The notes under the pieces were generated by a model, which saw only the letters and a list, made by a program, of their open reading frames with translations, was not told the origin of the DNA and searched no databases. From Pseudolabrys sp. (lineage in GTDB: Bacteria; Pseudomonadota; Alphaproteobacteria; Rhizobiales; Xanthobacteraceae): a stretch of DNA of 64,000 nt. Shown in pieces: positions 17,778 to 27,055 of this stretch. The translations under genes and the position numbers were made by a program. Position 1 is the first letter of the stretch; every line of letters begins with the position of its first letter. The stretch covers positions 33,253-97,252 of the forward strand of contig DATDMA010000447.1 of the NCBI GenBank assembly GCA_036519015.1, written 5' to 3'.

Positions 17778-18629
17778 ATGACGCCCGACACGCGAATTGC
17801 GCCCGTCGTCGGCGACACGACCCTCAATATCCAATGGAGCGCGATCATCGCGGGCGCTATCGGGGCAGCGGCGCTCGCCTTTGTCCTGCATAGCTTCGCC
17901 ACTGCGATAGGGGTGTCGCTGTCGTCGACCGCGCCGACGTGGCGCGATGCATCGTTCGCTTTGGTATTCCTGTCTGGGCTCTATCTCGTTCTGACGGCTT
18001 TGGCGTCGTATAGCTTTGGCGCCTACATCGCCGCGCGCTTGCGCGTGCCGTTTTCGGGCGCTCCGGCAGATGCGGAGTTCCGCGACGGTATGCATGGACT
18101 GCTCGTCTGGGCGCTGGCAACGCTTCTGACCGGCCTCATCGCCATCGCGGCGATTCAGGCGGTGCCACGGTTAACTGCCCCGTCGTCCGGCGCGAGCACG
18201 TCGGTCGTCGGCGAGAACGTCATCGCCTACGATCTCGATCGCCTCTTCCGCAGTGACCGCCGGCCGCAAGGCAACATGGATTACACCCGCGCTGAAGCGG
18301 CCCGCATCCTGCTCACCACGACGAGTCATAGCGGTATGCAGGCCGACGATCGCACCTATCTCGTGCGTCTCGTTGCGGCAGTGACTGGGCTTGCCCCACC
18401 CGATGCCGAGCGTCGCGTCGATGACGTCGCGGTACGCGCGAGAGACAATCTAAACCGCGCCCGCCGCTCAGCCGTCATCTTAGGCTTCATGGTGGGGGCG
18501 GCCGCGCTGATCGGCGCTGTCGCTGCCTGGTATGCGGCCTGCGCCGCGGGTCGCCACCGCGATGGGCGTGAAGCGCTCAGCCCATTCTGGGACTGGGGCC
18601 GTCCAATGACGCGGCTGCACTGGCGTTGA
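17778..18629 (+). CDS. Uncharacterised membrane protein (4 TM helices plus a helical periplasmic region)
   Basis: WSAIIAGA, GAYIAARLR, RDGMHGLLVWAL motifs. AAGGAG RBS. Confidence 0.8.
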   Translation: MTPDTRIAPVVGDTTLNIQWSAIIAGAIGAAALAFVLHSFATAIGVSLSSTAPTWRDASFALVFLSGLYLVLTALASYSFGAYIAARLRVPFSGAPADAEFRDGMHGLLVWALATLLTGLIAIAAIQAVPRLTAPSSGASTSVVGENVIAYDLDRLFRSDRRPQGNMDYTRAEAARILLTTTSHSGMQADDRTYLVRLVAAVTGLAPPDAERRVDDVAVRARDNLNRARRSAVILGFMVGAAALIGAVAAWYAACAAGRHRDGREALSPFWDWGRPMTRLHWR

Positions 18630-18777
18630 TGCTACAAACACAGCGCGGGCGTCGGCCCATCGCCCGGCGCTCCGCTCTCATGCGATGAGGGTCCGCTTAT
18701 TCGTTTTGCCCCGCTTGTGTCGGCCCCGCACGGATGGTCTGATCAAGGCATGACGTGCATGCCGGACTTCCCTCATC

Positions 18778-19962
18778 GTGCCTGACAAGTCAGTACAGAT
18801 TGCCATTGCCGGCGGCGGCATCGGCGGGCTCGCCGCCGCGCTCGCGCTGTTGCAGGCCGGATTCGACGTTCACGTCTACGAACAGACAAGCACATTGCGC
18901 GAGGTCGGCGCGGGCATCCAGGTCAGCCCCAACGCCGCACGCATCCTGCATCGGTATGGACTTTCGGACGAACTCGCGCGCGTCGGCGTGCGGCCCTTCG
19001 CCTGGCATCAGCGGCGCTGGGAGGACGGGCGCACACTGCTGCGCACGCCGCTCGGCGACGACGTGATCGGCGCCTTCGGCTTTCCGCACTACCAATGCCA
19101 TCGCGCCGATGTGCTGGCGATGCTCAGCGCCGCCGTGCCGGCGGATCGCGTGCATCTCGGTCATCGACTTTCCGGCTTCACCGATCGTGGCTCCCATGTC
19201 GACATTGAATTCGATAACGGCGTGAGCGTGCGCGCGGACATGCTCGTCGGTGCCGACGGCATCCATTCCCCCGTGCGCCGCATCCTGTTCGGCGAGCGTC
19301 AGCCGGAGTTCACCGGCTGCATGGCCTATCGCGGGCTGGTGCCGGTCGAGCGGCTCAAGCATCTCGATCTCGAAGTGGTCGCGCAGATCTGGATGGGTCC
19401 GGGCAAGCACGTCGTGAACTATTTTGTCGCGTCCGGGCGGCTGATGAATTTCGTCGCCAACGTCGAGCAAGATAGCTGGACGCGCGAGTCCTGGACCGAC
19501 CGCGGCGATCCGGACGACCTGCGCGCGGCCTTCGCCGATTGGGCGCCGGAATTGCGCGCGCTCTTTGCCGAGGTCGAGGAGACCTTCATCTGGGGCCTGT
19601 TCGATCGCGCGCCGTTGCCGCGCTGGTCGGTAGGCCGCGTCACGCTGCTCGGCGACGCCTGCCATCCAATGCTGCCTTACATGGCGCAAGGCGCGGCGCA
19701 GGCGCTGGAAGACGGCGCGGTGCTGGCGGCGTGTCTCGCAAAGAGTCCCGACGTCGCCGGCGCGCTGAAGCATTACGAAGAGGTGCGGCTGCCGCGGGCT
19801 TCGAACGTGCAGCTCGCCGCGCGCGGCAACAAGACCCGCTACCATCTTCCCGATGGGCCGGAGCAGACGGCGCGCGACGCGCACATGGCGAGCGGGGCCA
19901 CCGACTGGTCGTTCAAGGCCATCGACTGGCTCTACGGCCACGACGCCGTCGCAGAGGTTTAG
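18778..19962 (+). CDS. FAD-dependent monooxygenase (salicylate hydroxylase-like, class A)
   Basis: GGGIGG, GADGIHS and LLGDACHPMLPYMAQGAAQALED motifs. Confidence 0.93.
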   Translation: MPDKSVQIAIAGGGIGGLAAALALLQAGFDVHVYEQTSTLREVGAGIQVSPNAARILHRYGLSDELARVGVRPFAWHQRRWEDGRTLLRTPLGDDVIGAFGFPHYQCHRADVLAMLSAAVPADRVHLGHRLSGFTDRGSHVDIEFDNGVSVRADMLVGADGIHSPVRRILFGERQPEFTGCMAYRGLVPVERLKHLDLEVVAQIWMGPGKHVVNYFVASGRLMNFVANVEQDSWTRESWTDRGDPDDLRAAFADWAPELRALFAEVEETFIWGLFDRAPLPRWSVGRVTLLGDACHPMLPYMAQGAAQALEDGAVLAACLAKSPDVAGALKHYEEVRLPRASNVQLAARGNKTRYHLPDGPEQTARDAHMASGATDWSFKAIDWLYGHDAVAEV

Positions 19963-19975
19963 GGTACGCGCAGAA

Positions 19976-21220
19976 TTAGGCCATCGCGGGAACGGCCGGA
20001 TGACGCGGCGAGCGCCGCAACAGCCAGACCATGATCGACACGTTGACCAGATTCCAGGCGATGCCGTTCGCGAAGGCTGCCGTGTAGGAGCCGGTCAGGT
20101 CGAAGATCACGCCCGACATCCAGCCGCCCAGTGCCATGCCCAGGAGCGTCGCCATCAGCACCAGGCCGAGGCGGGTGCCGGCCTCCCGTGGCGGGAAATA
20201 TTCGCGCACGATGATGGCGTAGCTCGGCACGATGCCGCCCTGGAACAGGCCGAACAGCGCCGAGATCACATAAAGCGAGGTGAGGCCGTCGAACAGCAAG
20301 TAAAAGACAAGAGCGACGCCCTGCAGTACCGAGCCGAGCAGCAGCGTGCGCACGCCGCCGATGCGGTCGGCGATGAAGCCGGAGCTGACGCGGCTGATGA
20401 TGCCGAAGCCGAGCATCAGCGACAACATCTCGGCGCCGCGCGCGACGCCGTAACCGAGATCGCCGCAATAAGCGACGATGTGCACCTGCGGCATCGACAT
20501 CGCCACGCAACAGGCGACGCCGGCAATGCACAGGAGCACCTGCAACGTCGTCGGTGAGAACGGCAACTCGGCCAGCCGTTGCGCCGTCGCCGTGGCGCTC
20601 GCCGAGTCGCTTGATTGGGTGGCGATGGTCCGGCGCATCAGCAGCACCAGCGGCAGCATGGTTACGAGGCAGAACAGGCCGATGCCGATATGCGTCGCGC
20701 GCCAGCCGTAGACGGTAATGAAATGCTGTACCACCGGCGGCCACACGGTGCCGGCGACGTAATTGCCGGAGGCGGCGATGGCGACGGCGATGCCGCGCCG
20801 GCGCTGGAACCAGTGCGAGATGTCGGCCATCAGCGGACCGAACGTCGCCGAGCAGCCGACGCCGATCAGCGCGCCTTGCGCCAGGGCCACGAGCCAGAGA
20901 GTGGGGGCCATGCCCGAGGCGACATAGCCGAGCGACAGCATCAGCGTACCCAGGACGACCGGCACTGCGATGCCGTAGCGGTCGGCCAGCCGGCCGGTCA
21001 GCACGCCGCCGCCGGCGAAGCCGATCATGCCGAGGGTGTAGGGGAGGGCGGCCGCGCCGCGGTCGACGCCGAAATCGGCCTGGATCGCGGGCAGCGCCAC
21101 CACCACGGACCACATGCCGACGCCGCCGATGGTCGACAGCGCTACGGCCGTGCAGAGCCGCACCCAGGCATAGGCCGACTCGATCGCGTCGGCGGAATCG
21201 CTGTCCGCACGTGTCGTCAT
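19976..21220 (-). CDS. MFS transporter
   Basis: GRLADRYG and GFIADRIG motifs, about 12 TM helices. Confidence 0.92.
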   Translation of the reverse strand: MTTRADSDSADAIESAYAWVRLCTAVALSTIGGVGMWSVVVALPAIQADFGVDRGAAALPYTLGMIGFAGGGVLTGRLADRYGIAVPVVLGTLMLSLGYVASGMAPTLWLVALAQGALIGVGCSATFGPLMADISHWFQRRRGIAVAIAASGNYVAGTVWPPVVQHFITVYGWRATHIGIGLFCLVTMLPLVLLMRRTIATQSSDSASATATAQRLAELPFSPTTLQVLLCIAGVACCVAMSMPQVHIVAYCGDLGYGVARGAEMLSLMLGFGIISRVSSGFIADRIGGVRTLLLGSVLQGVALVFYLLFDGLTSLYVISALFGLFQGGIVPSYAIIVREYFPPREAGTRLGLVLMATLLGMALGGWMSGVIFDLTGSYTAAFANGIAWNLVNVSIMVWLLRRSPRHPAVPAMA

Positions 21221-21270
21221 GGTGATGAAACCCGGGCTTCGTCCCGTGGTCGTAACACAGGCGCGCGCCG

Positions 21271-21330
21271 TCTTCACCCTCCCTCCGCCCGCAAGTGCTC
21301 GCGGAGGGGAGGGGAGATGAGAGGCCGGCG
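21271..21330. repeat. Short palindromic repeat, family A remnant
   Basis: CCCTCCCTCCGC...GCGGAGGGGAGGGG hairpin. Confidence 0.5.
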
Positions 21331-21336
21331 CGCGTC

Positions 21337-22347
21337 TCACGCAAACTTCGGAATCACCTCGCGGCCGAACAATTCGATCGAGCGCGCCGCATCGTCGAAG
21401 CGCATGTCGCCGAACACCATCTGGCACAGCACGGTGTTGACGCCGGTCTCGTCCTGCAGCCGCTCGATATAGTCGCGCACGGTCGCCGGCGAGCCGGCAA
21501 TGCCGTGGCCTATTGCTTCCAGCGCCGTGAAGTCGGCCGGGTAGATCTCCTTCAGCGAGAAGTCGACGCCCGAGCGCCGCCAGATGAAATCCATCGCGTT
21601 GCGCCAGCGCGGATAGGCGGCGTGCGCGATGAGCTTCGCCTCCGCGTCGGTCTCGGCGACGACCACATGTCGCGTGATGCCGATGCCAGGCAGGCTCGCC
21701 GCGTCGCGGCCGAGCTTGCTCCATTCAGCACGATAGCGATCCGAGATCGCGCGCGCCCGCGCCGCGGGCCCGAGCGATACGACATTGATGTTTTTCGGCG
21801 CCGCCCAGGCGATGGCCTCGGCATTCGGCGCGCCGTACCAGATCGGCGGATGCGGGCGCTGCACCGGCTTTGCCTGCACCACGTAGTCCTTGTAGCTGTA
21901 AAACTTGCCCTCGAAGTCAAGCACGTCGCTGTCAAAGGCGCGCATCAGCACGGCGAAGGCCTCGTGATACATGGCCGGCGCGGTGTTGGGATCGATCCCA
22001 AAGCGCTGGTGTTCGAGCAGCGCGCCGCCGCGGCCTACCCCGACCGTCAGCCGCCCACCGCTCAGATGGTCGAGCATGCAGATTTCTTCATAGAGCCGCA
22101 GCGGATGATAGAGCGGCAGCACATAGACCAGCGGCCCCAGCCGGATTTTGCGCGTGCGCTGGATCGCCGCGCTCAGAAAAACGCTGGGACTGAAGGCCAT
22201 TCCGAGCGGCGTCGAATGATGCTCGGCGAGCTGATAGGCGTGGAAACCGCTGGCCTCGATGCGTTCGAGCAGGAGCAACCGCTCCTCGAGGAAGCTGCCC
22301 AACGCGGTCCCATTGCTGTCCAAGTGATCGAAGATTGCGAATTTCAA
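21337..22347 (-). CDS. LLM-class (luciferase-like) flavin-dependent oxidoreductase
   Basis: AEHHST, LDHLSGGRL, KPVQRPHPPIW, ELFGREVIP. TTG start after GGAGGA. Confidence 0.92.
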   Translation of the reverse strand: MKFAIFDHLDSNGTALGSFLEERLLLLERIEASGFHAYQLAEHHSTPLGMAFSPSVFLSAAIQRTRKIRLGPLVYVLPLYHPLRLYEEICMLDHLSGGRLTVGVGRGGALLEHQRFGIDPNTAPAMYHEAFAVLMRAFDSDVLDFEGKFYSYKDYVVQAKPVQRPHPPIWYGAPNAEAIAWAAPKNINVVSLGPAARARAISDRYRAEWSKLGRDAASLPGIGITRHVVVAETDAEAKLIAHAAYPRWRNAMDFIWRRSGVDFSLKEIYPADFTALEAIGHGIAGSPATVRDYIERLQDETGVNTVLCQMVFGDMRFDDAARSIELFGREVIPKFA

Positions 22348-22437
22348 AACCCTTGCTCCTCCGTGACGCGCCTGCCGATTGCGGCTAGTCTGTTGCGCAA
22401 GCCGTCGCCCAATGAAACGGCTCTCGGGAGGAAGCTC

Positions 22438-23607
22438 ATGCGAGGATCGTTTCTGATTGTTACCGCGGCATTGCTTGCCGCATCCTCGGCGAACGCGCAG
22501 GACACCGTCAAGATCGGCCTGATCATGGCCTATTCCGGCCAGTTCGCCGACACTGCTGCGCAGATGGACAATGCCATCAAGCTCTACGTCAAACAGCACG
22601 GCGACACTGTCGCCGGCAAGAAGATCGAGTTCATCCGTAAGGACACCGGCGGCCCGAACCCGGATGTCGCCAAGCGTCTGGCGCAGGAACTGGTGGTGCG
22701 CGACAAGGTCGACATCATCGCCGGCTTCACGCTGACGCCGGAAGCGCTCGGCGCGGCCGACGTTTCAGCCGAAGCGAAGAAGTTCATGGTGGTGATGAAT
22801 GCGGCGACCTCGATCATCATCACCAAGTCCCCTTATATGGCGCGCGTCTCGCTGACCATTCCGCAGCTCGAGACCGCGTTCGGTCAATGGGCCTACAAGA
22901 ACGGCGTGCGCAAGGTTTACACCATGGTGTCGGACTATGGTCCCGGCATCGACGCGGAGACGTCCTTCCAGAACGGCTTCAAAGGCGCGGGCGGCGAAGT
23001 CGTCGGCTCGGTGCGCATGCCGGTCGCCAATGCGGATTTTTCCGCCTTCGTGCAGCGCGCCAAGGACCTCAATCCGGAAGCGATCTTCGTCTTCATTCCG
23101 GGCGGCGCGCAGCCGCCCGCTTTCGCCAAAGCCCTGGCTGAACGCGGCATGGACCCGAAGAAGATCAAGATCATGGGCCAGGGCGAGATCACCATGGACG
23201 ACAACGCGCTCAAGAGCATGGGCGACGGCGGCCTCGGCATCATCACCGTCTTCCATTACGGCTGGACGCACGACTCGGCGAAGAACAAGGCTTTCGTGAA
23301 GGCCTATAACGACGCGTTCAAGCGCAACCCTGATGTGTTTTCAATCGGCGGCTGGGACGGCATGGACCTGATCTACGCCGCGTTGAAGAAGAGCGGCGGC
23401 AAGGCCGACGGCGATTCGCTGATCGCCGCCGCAAAGGGCATGGCCTGGGAAAGCCCGCGCGGGCCGATCTCGATCGACCCGGAGACGCGCGACATCGTGC
23501 AGAACGTCTATATCCGCCGTGTCGAGAAGGTCGGTGGCACCTATCAGAACGTCGAGTTCGACAAGGTGGAGAAGGTCAAGGATCCGGCGCGCGCGGCGGC
23601 GAAGTAG
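22438..23607 (+). CDS. ABC transporter substrate-binding protein (Leu/Ile/Val-type fold)
   Basis: Signal peptide ANA-Q, VKIGLI..YSG, ESPRGPISIDPETRDIVQ. Confidence 0.92.
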   Translation: MRGSFLIVTAALLAASSANAQDTVKIGLIMAYSGQFADTAAQMDNAIKLYVKQHGDTVAGKKIEFIRKDTGGPNPDVAKRLAQELVVRDKVDIIAGFTLTPEALGAADVSAEAKKFMVVMNAATSIIITKSPYMARVSLTIPQLETAFGQWAYKNGVRKVYTMVSDYGPGIDAETSFQNGFKGAGGEVVGSVRMPVANADFSAFVQRAKDLNPEAIFVFIPGGAQPPAFAKALAERGMDPKKIKIMGQGEITMDDNALKSMGDGGLGIITVFHYGWTHDSAKNKAFVKAYNDAFKRNPDVFSIGGWDGMDLIYAALKKSGGKADGDSLIAAAKGMAWESPRGPISIDPETRDIVQNVYIRRVEKVGGTYQNVEFDKVEKVKDPARAAAK

Positions 23608-23635
23608 GATTTGCCCGGACCGTGCCACACCCTCT

Positions 23636-23762
23636 CTTCACCTCCCCCTGGAGGGGGGAGGTCGGTTCGCGGAGCGAACCGGGAGGGGGTGACAGCCCGA
23701 GAAAGGCACCCCACCCCGGCGTGCTTCGCACGCCGACCCTCCCTCTGCAGGGGAGGGTGAAG
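23636..23762. repeat. Palindromic intergenic repeat, family A
   Basis: CTTCACCTCCCCCTGGAGGGGGAGG...CCCTCCCTCTGCAGGGGAGGGTGAAG with terminal inverted repeats. Confidence 0.85.
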
Positions 23763-23829
23763 CCCCCTCGCTCTTGTCACACGCCCGCACTATTGTGCCC
23801 CCCACGAGTCGCCCAAAACTGCCGGTACA

Positions 23830-24987
23830 ATGGACGCCCTCAACCTTCCCCGTCCGCCATGGATGACCGAGGACCTCGTCCTGCTCGAAGAGCAGGCGCG
23901 GCGCTTTATTGGCGATGAATTCGCGCCCCACATCGACCGCTGGCACGAGGCCGGCATCTATGAGCGCGATGTGTGGACGAAGGCCGGCGCGGCCGGTCTG
24001 CTCTGCGCCTCGATGCCGGAGGAATACGGCGGGGCCGGCGGCACCTTCGCGCATGAGGCGGTGATCAACCGCGAATTCTCGCTCGCCGGCTTCGACACCT
24101 TCGGCGCGCCGCTGCATTCTGGCATCGTCGCGCCTTACATTCTCCATTACGGCACCGAGGAGCAGAAGCAGCGCTGGCTGCCCAAACTCGCCACCGGCGA
24201 GATGGTCGGCGCCATCGCCATGACCGAGCCCGGCACCGGCTCCGATTTGCAGGGCGTGCGCACCAAGGCCGAGAAGTCCGGCAACGGCTACGTGCTCAAC
24301 GGCTCCAAGACCTTCATCACCAACGGCCAGCACGCCAATCTCATCGTCGTCGTCGCCAAGACCGACGCGAGCGCCGGCGCCAAGGGCACCTCACTCCTGG
24401 TGGTCGAGACCAATGACGCGCCCGGCTTCCACCGTGGCCGCAAGCTCAAAAAGCTCGGCATGGATTCGGCCGATACCTCGGAACTGTTCTTCGACGACGT
24501 GCGTTTGCCCGCGGAGAATTTGTTGGGCATCGAGGAAGGCCAGGGCTTCTACCAATTGATGAAGGAGCTGCCGCAGGAACGTCTCATCGTCGCCGTGCAC
24601 GCGGTTGCGATGATGGAGCGGGCGCTGGCGCTGACCGTCGACTACGTCAAGCAGCGCAAGGCCTTCGGCAAGGCGATCATCGAATTCCAGAACACGCAGT
24701 TCGAGCTCGCCGAGTGCAAGACGGAAGTCACCATCGCCAAGGTGTTTCTTGACCATTGCATCGGCCAGCATGTCGATGGCAAGCTCGACACCGTCACCGC
24801 CTCGATGGCCAAGTACAAGCTCACCGACACGCAAGGCAAAGTGATCGACCGCTGCCTGCAATTGTTCGGCGGCTATGGCTATATGGACGAATATCCGATT
24901 TCGCGGCTCTACCGCGACGCGCGCGTGCTGCGCATCTATGCGGGGACCAACGAAATCATGAAGTTGCTAATCGCGCGGAGTTTGTAG
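23830..24987 (+). CDS. Acyl-CoA dehydrogenase
   Basis: AMTEPGTGSD, GSKTFITNG, QLFGGYGY, IYAGTNEI. Confidence 0.95.
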   Translation: MDALNLPRPPWMTEDLVLLEEQARRFIGDEFAPHIDRWHEAGIYERDVWTKAGAAGLLCASMPEEYGGAGGTFAHEAVINREFSLAGFDTFGAPLHSGIVAPYILHYGTEEQKQRWLPKLATGEMVGAIAMTEPGTGSDLQGVRTKAEKSGNGYVLNGSKTFITNGQHANLIVVVAKTDASAGAKGTSLLVVETNDAPGFHRGRKLKKLGMDSADTSELFFDDVRLPAENLLGIEEGQGFYQLMKELPQERLIVAVHAVAMMERALALTVDYVKQRKAFGKAIIEFQNTQFELAECKTEVTIAKVFLDHCIGQHVDGKLDTVTASMAKYKLTDTQGKVIDRCLQLFGGYGYMDEYPISRLYRDARVLRIYAGTNEIMKLLIARSL

Positions 24988-24994
24988 TTGTTGT

Positions 24995-25088
24995 GTCGTC
25001 CCGGCCGAGCGAAGCGAGGGCCGGGACCCATAGCCACCGGACTATCGAGGGACTGCGGAGTATGGGTCCCCGCCTTCGCGGGGACGAT
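24995..25088. repeat. Palindromic intergenic repeat, family B
   Basis: GTCGTCCCGGCC...GGCCGGGACCCATA...TATGGGTCCCCGCCTTCGCGGGGACGAT. Confidence 0.85.
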
Positions 25089-25111
25089 AGCCGAGAGACG
25101 GAGATAACACC

Positions 25112-26320
25112 ATGCCCGACGCATTCATCTACGACGCCGTGCGCTCGCCACGCGGGCGCGGCAAGGCCGACGGTTCGCTGCACGAGGTGACCGCGCTCAA
25201 TCTCGCGGCCCAGACGCTGGCCGCCGTACGCGACCGCAACAATCTCGACACCACGCTCATCGACGACGTGGTCCTGGGCTGCGTCGATCCGGTCGGCGAG
25301 GCGGGCGGCGACATCGCGCGCGCGGCGGCCCTGGTGGCCGGCTTCGGCGACGGCGTGCCGGGCGTGCAGATCAATCGCTTCTGCGCCTCGGGCCTGGACG
25401 CCGTGAACTTCGCCGCGGCCGAGATCATGTCCGGCCAGCACGACATGACCATCGGCGGCGGCGTCGAATCGATGAGCCGCGTCGGCATCGGGGCGTCGGG
25501 AGGCGCGTGGCCGGTCGATCCGACCATCGCGGTCGAAACCTATTTCCTGCCGCAAGGCATCTCGGCCGATCTGATCGCCACCAAATACGGCTTCTCGCGC
25601 GACGACGTCGACGCCTACGCCGTCGAAAGCCAGAAGCGCGCGGCGAAGGCCTGGGAAGAAGGCCGCTTCAAGAAATCGGTGATGACGGTGAAGGACGTCA
25701 ACGGCCTCACCATCCTCGACAGAGACGAGCACATGCGGCCGTCGACGACGATGCAGACGCTCGCCGCGCTGCAGCCGTCCTTCGTGCAGATGGGCGAGAT
25801 GGCGGGCTTCGATGCGGTCGCGGTGCAGGCGCATCCCGAGATCGAGGCGGTCAATCACGTGCACCATGCGGGCAATTCGTCGGGCATCGTCGATGGCGCC
25901 GCCGCCGTACTGATCGGCAGCAAGGAGGCAGGCAGCCGTGCGGGCTTGAAGCCGCGTGCAAGGATCAGGGCCTTCGCCAATATCGGCTCGGAGCCGGCGA
26001 TTATGCTCACCGGGCCGATCGACGTGACGCAGAAGGTGTTGAAGAAGGCCGGCATGTCGCTGTCCGACATCGACCTCATCGAGATCAACGAGGCTTTCGC
26101 GTCGGTGGTGCTGCGCTACATGCAGGCCTTTGAGATCGATCCCGCCAAGGTCAACGTCAATGGCGGCGCCATCGCCATGGGCCATCCGTTAGGGGCTACA
26201 GGCGCCATGATTCTCGGCACCGCGCTCGACGAGTTGGAGCGCTCCGGAAAATCGACCGCGCTGATCACGCTCTGCATCGGCGCGGGGATGGGGACTGCGA
26301 CGATTATCGAGCGGGTGTGA
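25112..26320 (+). CDS. Acetyl-CoA C-acyltransferase (thiolase)
   Basis: [27 protein letters not shown]. Confidence 0.96.
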   Translation: MPDAFIYDAVRSPRGRGKADGSLHEVTALNLAAQTLAAVRDRNNLDTTLIDDVVLGCVDPVGEAGGDIARAAALVAGFGDGVPGVQINRFCASGLDAVNFAAAEIMSGQHDMTIGGGVESMSRVGIGASGGAWPVDPTIAVETYFLPQGISADLIATKYGFSRDDVDAYAVESQKRAAKAWEEGRFKKSVMTVKDVNGLTILDRDEHMRPSTTMQTLAALQPSFVQMGEMAGFDAVAVQAHPEIEAVNHVHHAGNSSGIVDGAAAVLIGSKEAGSRAGLKPRARIRAFANIGSEPAIMLTGPIDVTQKVLKKAGMSLSDIDLIEINEAFASVVLRYMQAFEIDPAKVNVNGGAIAMGHPLGATGAMILGTALDELERSGKSTALITLCIGAGMGTATIIERV

Positions 26321-26327
26321 GCCGCTT

Positions 26328-26434
26328 ACCCTCCCCCTTGTGGGGAGGGTCGACGCGCGAAGTGCGTCGGGGTGGGGGTGATTGCGAGAACGATGACCCC
26401 CACCCCCGACCCCTCCCCACAAGGGGGAGGGGAG
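26328..26434. repeat. Palindromic intergenic repeat, family A
   Basis: ACCCTCCCCCTTGTGGGGAGGGT...CCCCTCCCCACAAGGGGGAGGGG. Confidence 0.85.
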
Positions 26435-26458
26435 AAGAAGAAAGAGCAGGGGAGAGGA

Positions 26459-26917
26459 ATGCCGAAAGTCGACATCGCCAAGGTGCCGGTGAAGAGCGGG
26501 ACATTTTATCCGGCGGAGTTCCAGGCCGAATGCGCCGGCCGCCACAAGCAGGCACTGGGCGATGTCATCGGCCTCACGCAATTCGGCGTCAACATCACGC
26601 GCATCGCGCCGGGCTCGGCGTCGTCGCTGCGGCACTATCACGAGCAGGAAGACGAGTTCATCTTCATGCTGGAAGGCGAGCTCGTGCTGATCGAGAATGA
26701 CGGCGAGGTGGTGCTCAAGCGCGGTGACGCCGCCGGCTTCAAGGCCGGCAGCGGCAACGCGCACCGTCTGGTCAATCGCTCGGATGGCGACGCGGTCTAC
26801 TTCGAGGTCGGCACCCGCGCGGCGGAAGAGCGGGTGCACTATCCGGACGTCGATCTGATGATGGAACGTGATGCCAAGACCCGCCGCTATCTGCACAAAA
26901 GCGGCGAGCCTTACTAA
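26459..26917 (+). CDS. Cupin domain protein
   Basis: LTQFGVN, RHYHEQEDEF, GNAHRL. GGAGAGG RBS. Confidence 0.9.
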   Translation: MPKVDIAKVPVKSGTFYPAEFQAECAGRHKQALGDVIGLTQFGVNITRIAPGSASSLRHYHEQEDEFIFMLEGELVLIENDGEVVLKRGDAAGFKAGSGNAHRLVNRSDGDAVYFEVGTRAAEERVHYPDVDLMMERDAKTRRYLHKSGEPY

Positions 26918-26918
26918 T

Positions 26919-27026
26919 CGTCATTCCGGGGCGCGGGCTTTTGCCCGCGATCCCGGAATCCAGACGCAAACACTGTGCGTGCATCTGAATTCCGGGTTCG
27001 CCGCTGCGCGGCGCCCCGGAATGACG
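26919..27026. repeat. Palindromic intergenic repeat, family B
   Basis: CGTCATTCCGGGGCGC...CCCGGAATCCAG...CTGAATTCCGGG...GCGCCCCGGAATGACG. Confidence 0.88.
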
Positions 27027-27055
27027 ACTGAGAAACTTTCGCAAAGGGCTAACCC

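Noticed and set aside
21295-22437. Long N-terminal extensions of the SBP (21295) and MFS (21724) ORFs suggesting fusions
   Set aside because: They overlap the LLM gene. The likely starts are 22438 (signal peptide follows) and 21220.
26372-26458. Extended N-terminus of the cupin (and similarly of YbaK at 32312)
   Set aside because: The extensions are read-through of palindromic repeats; good RBS and ATG lie downstream.
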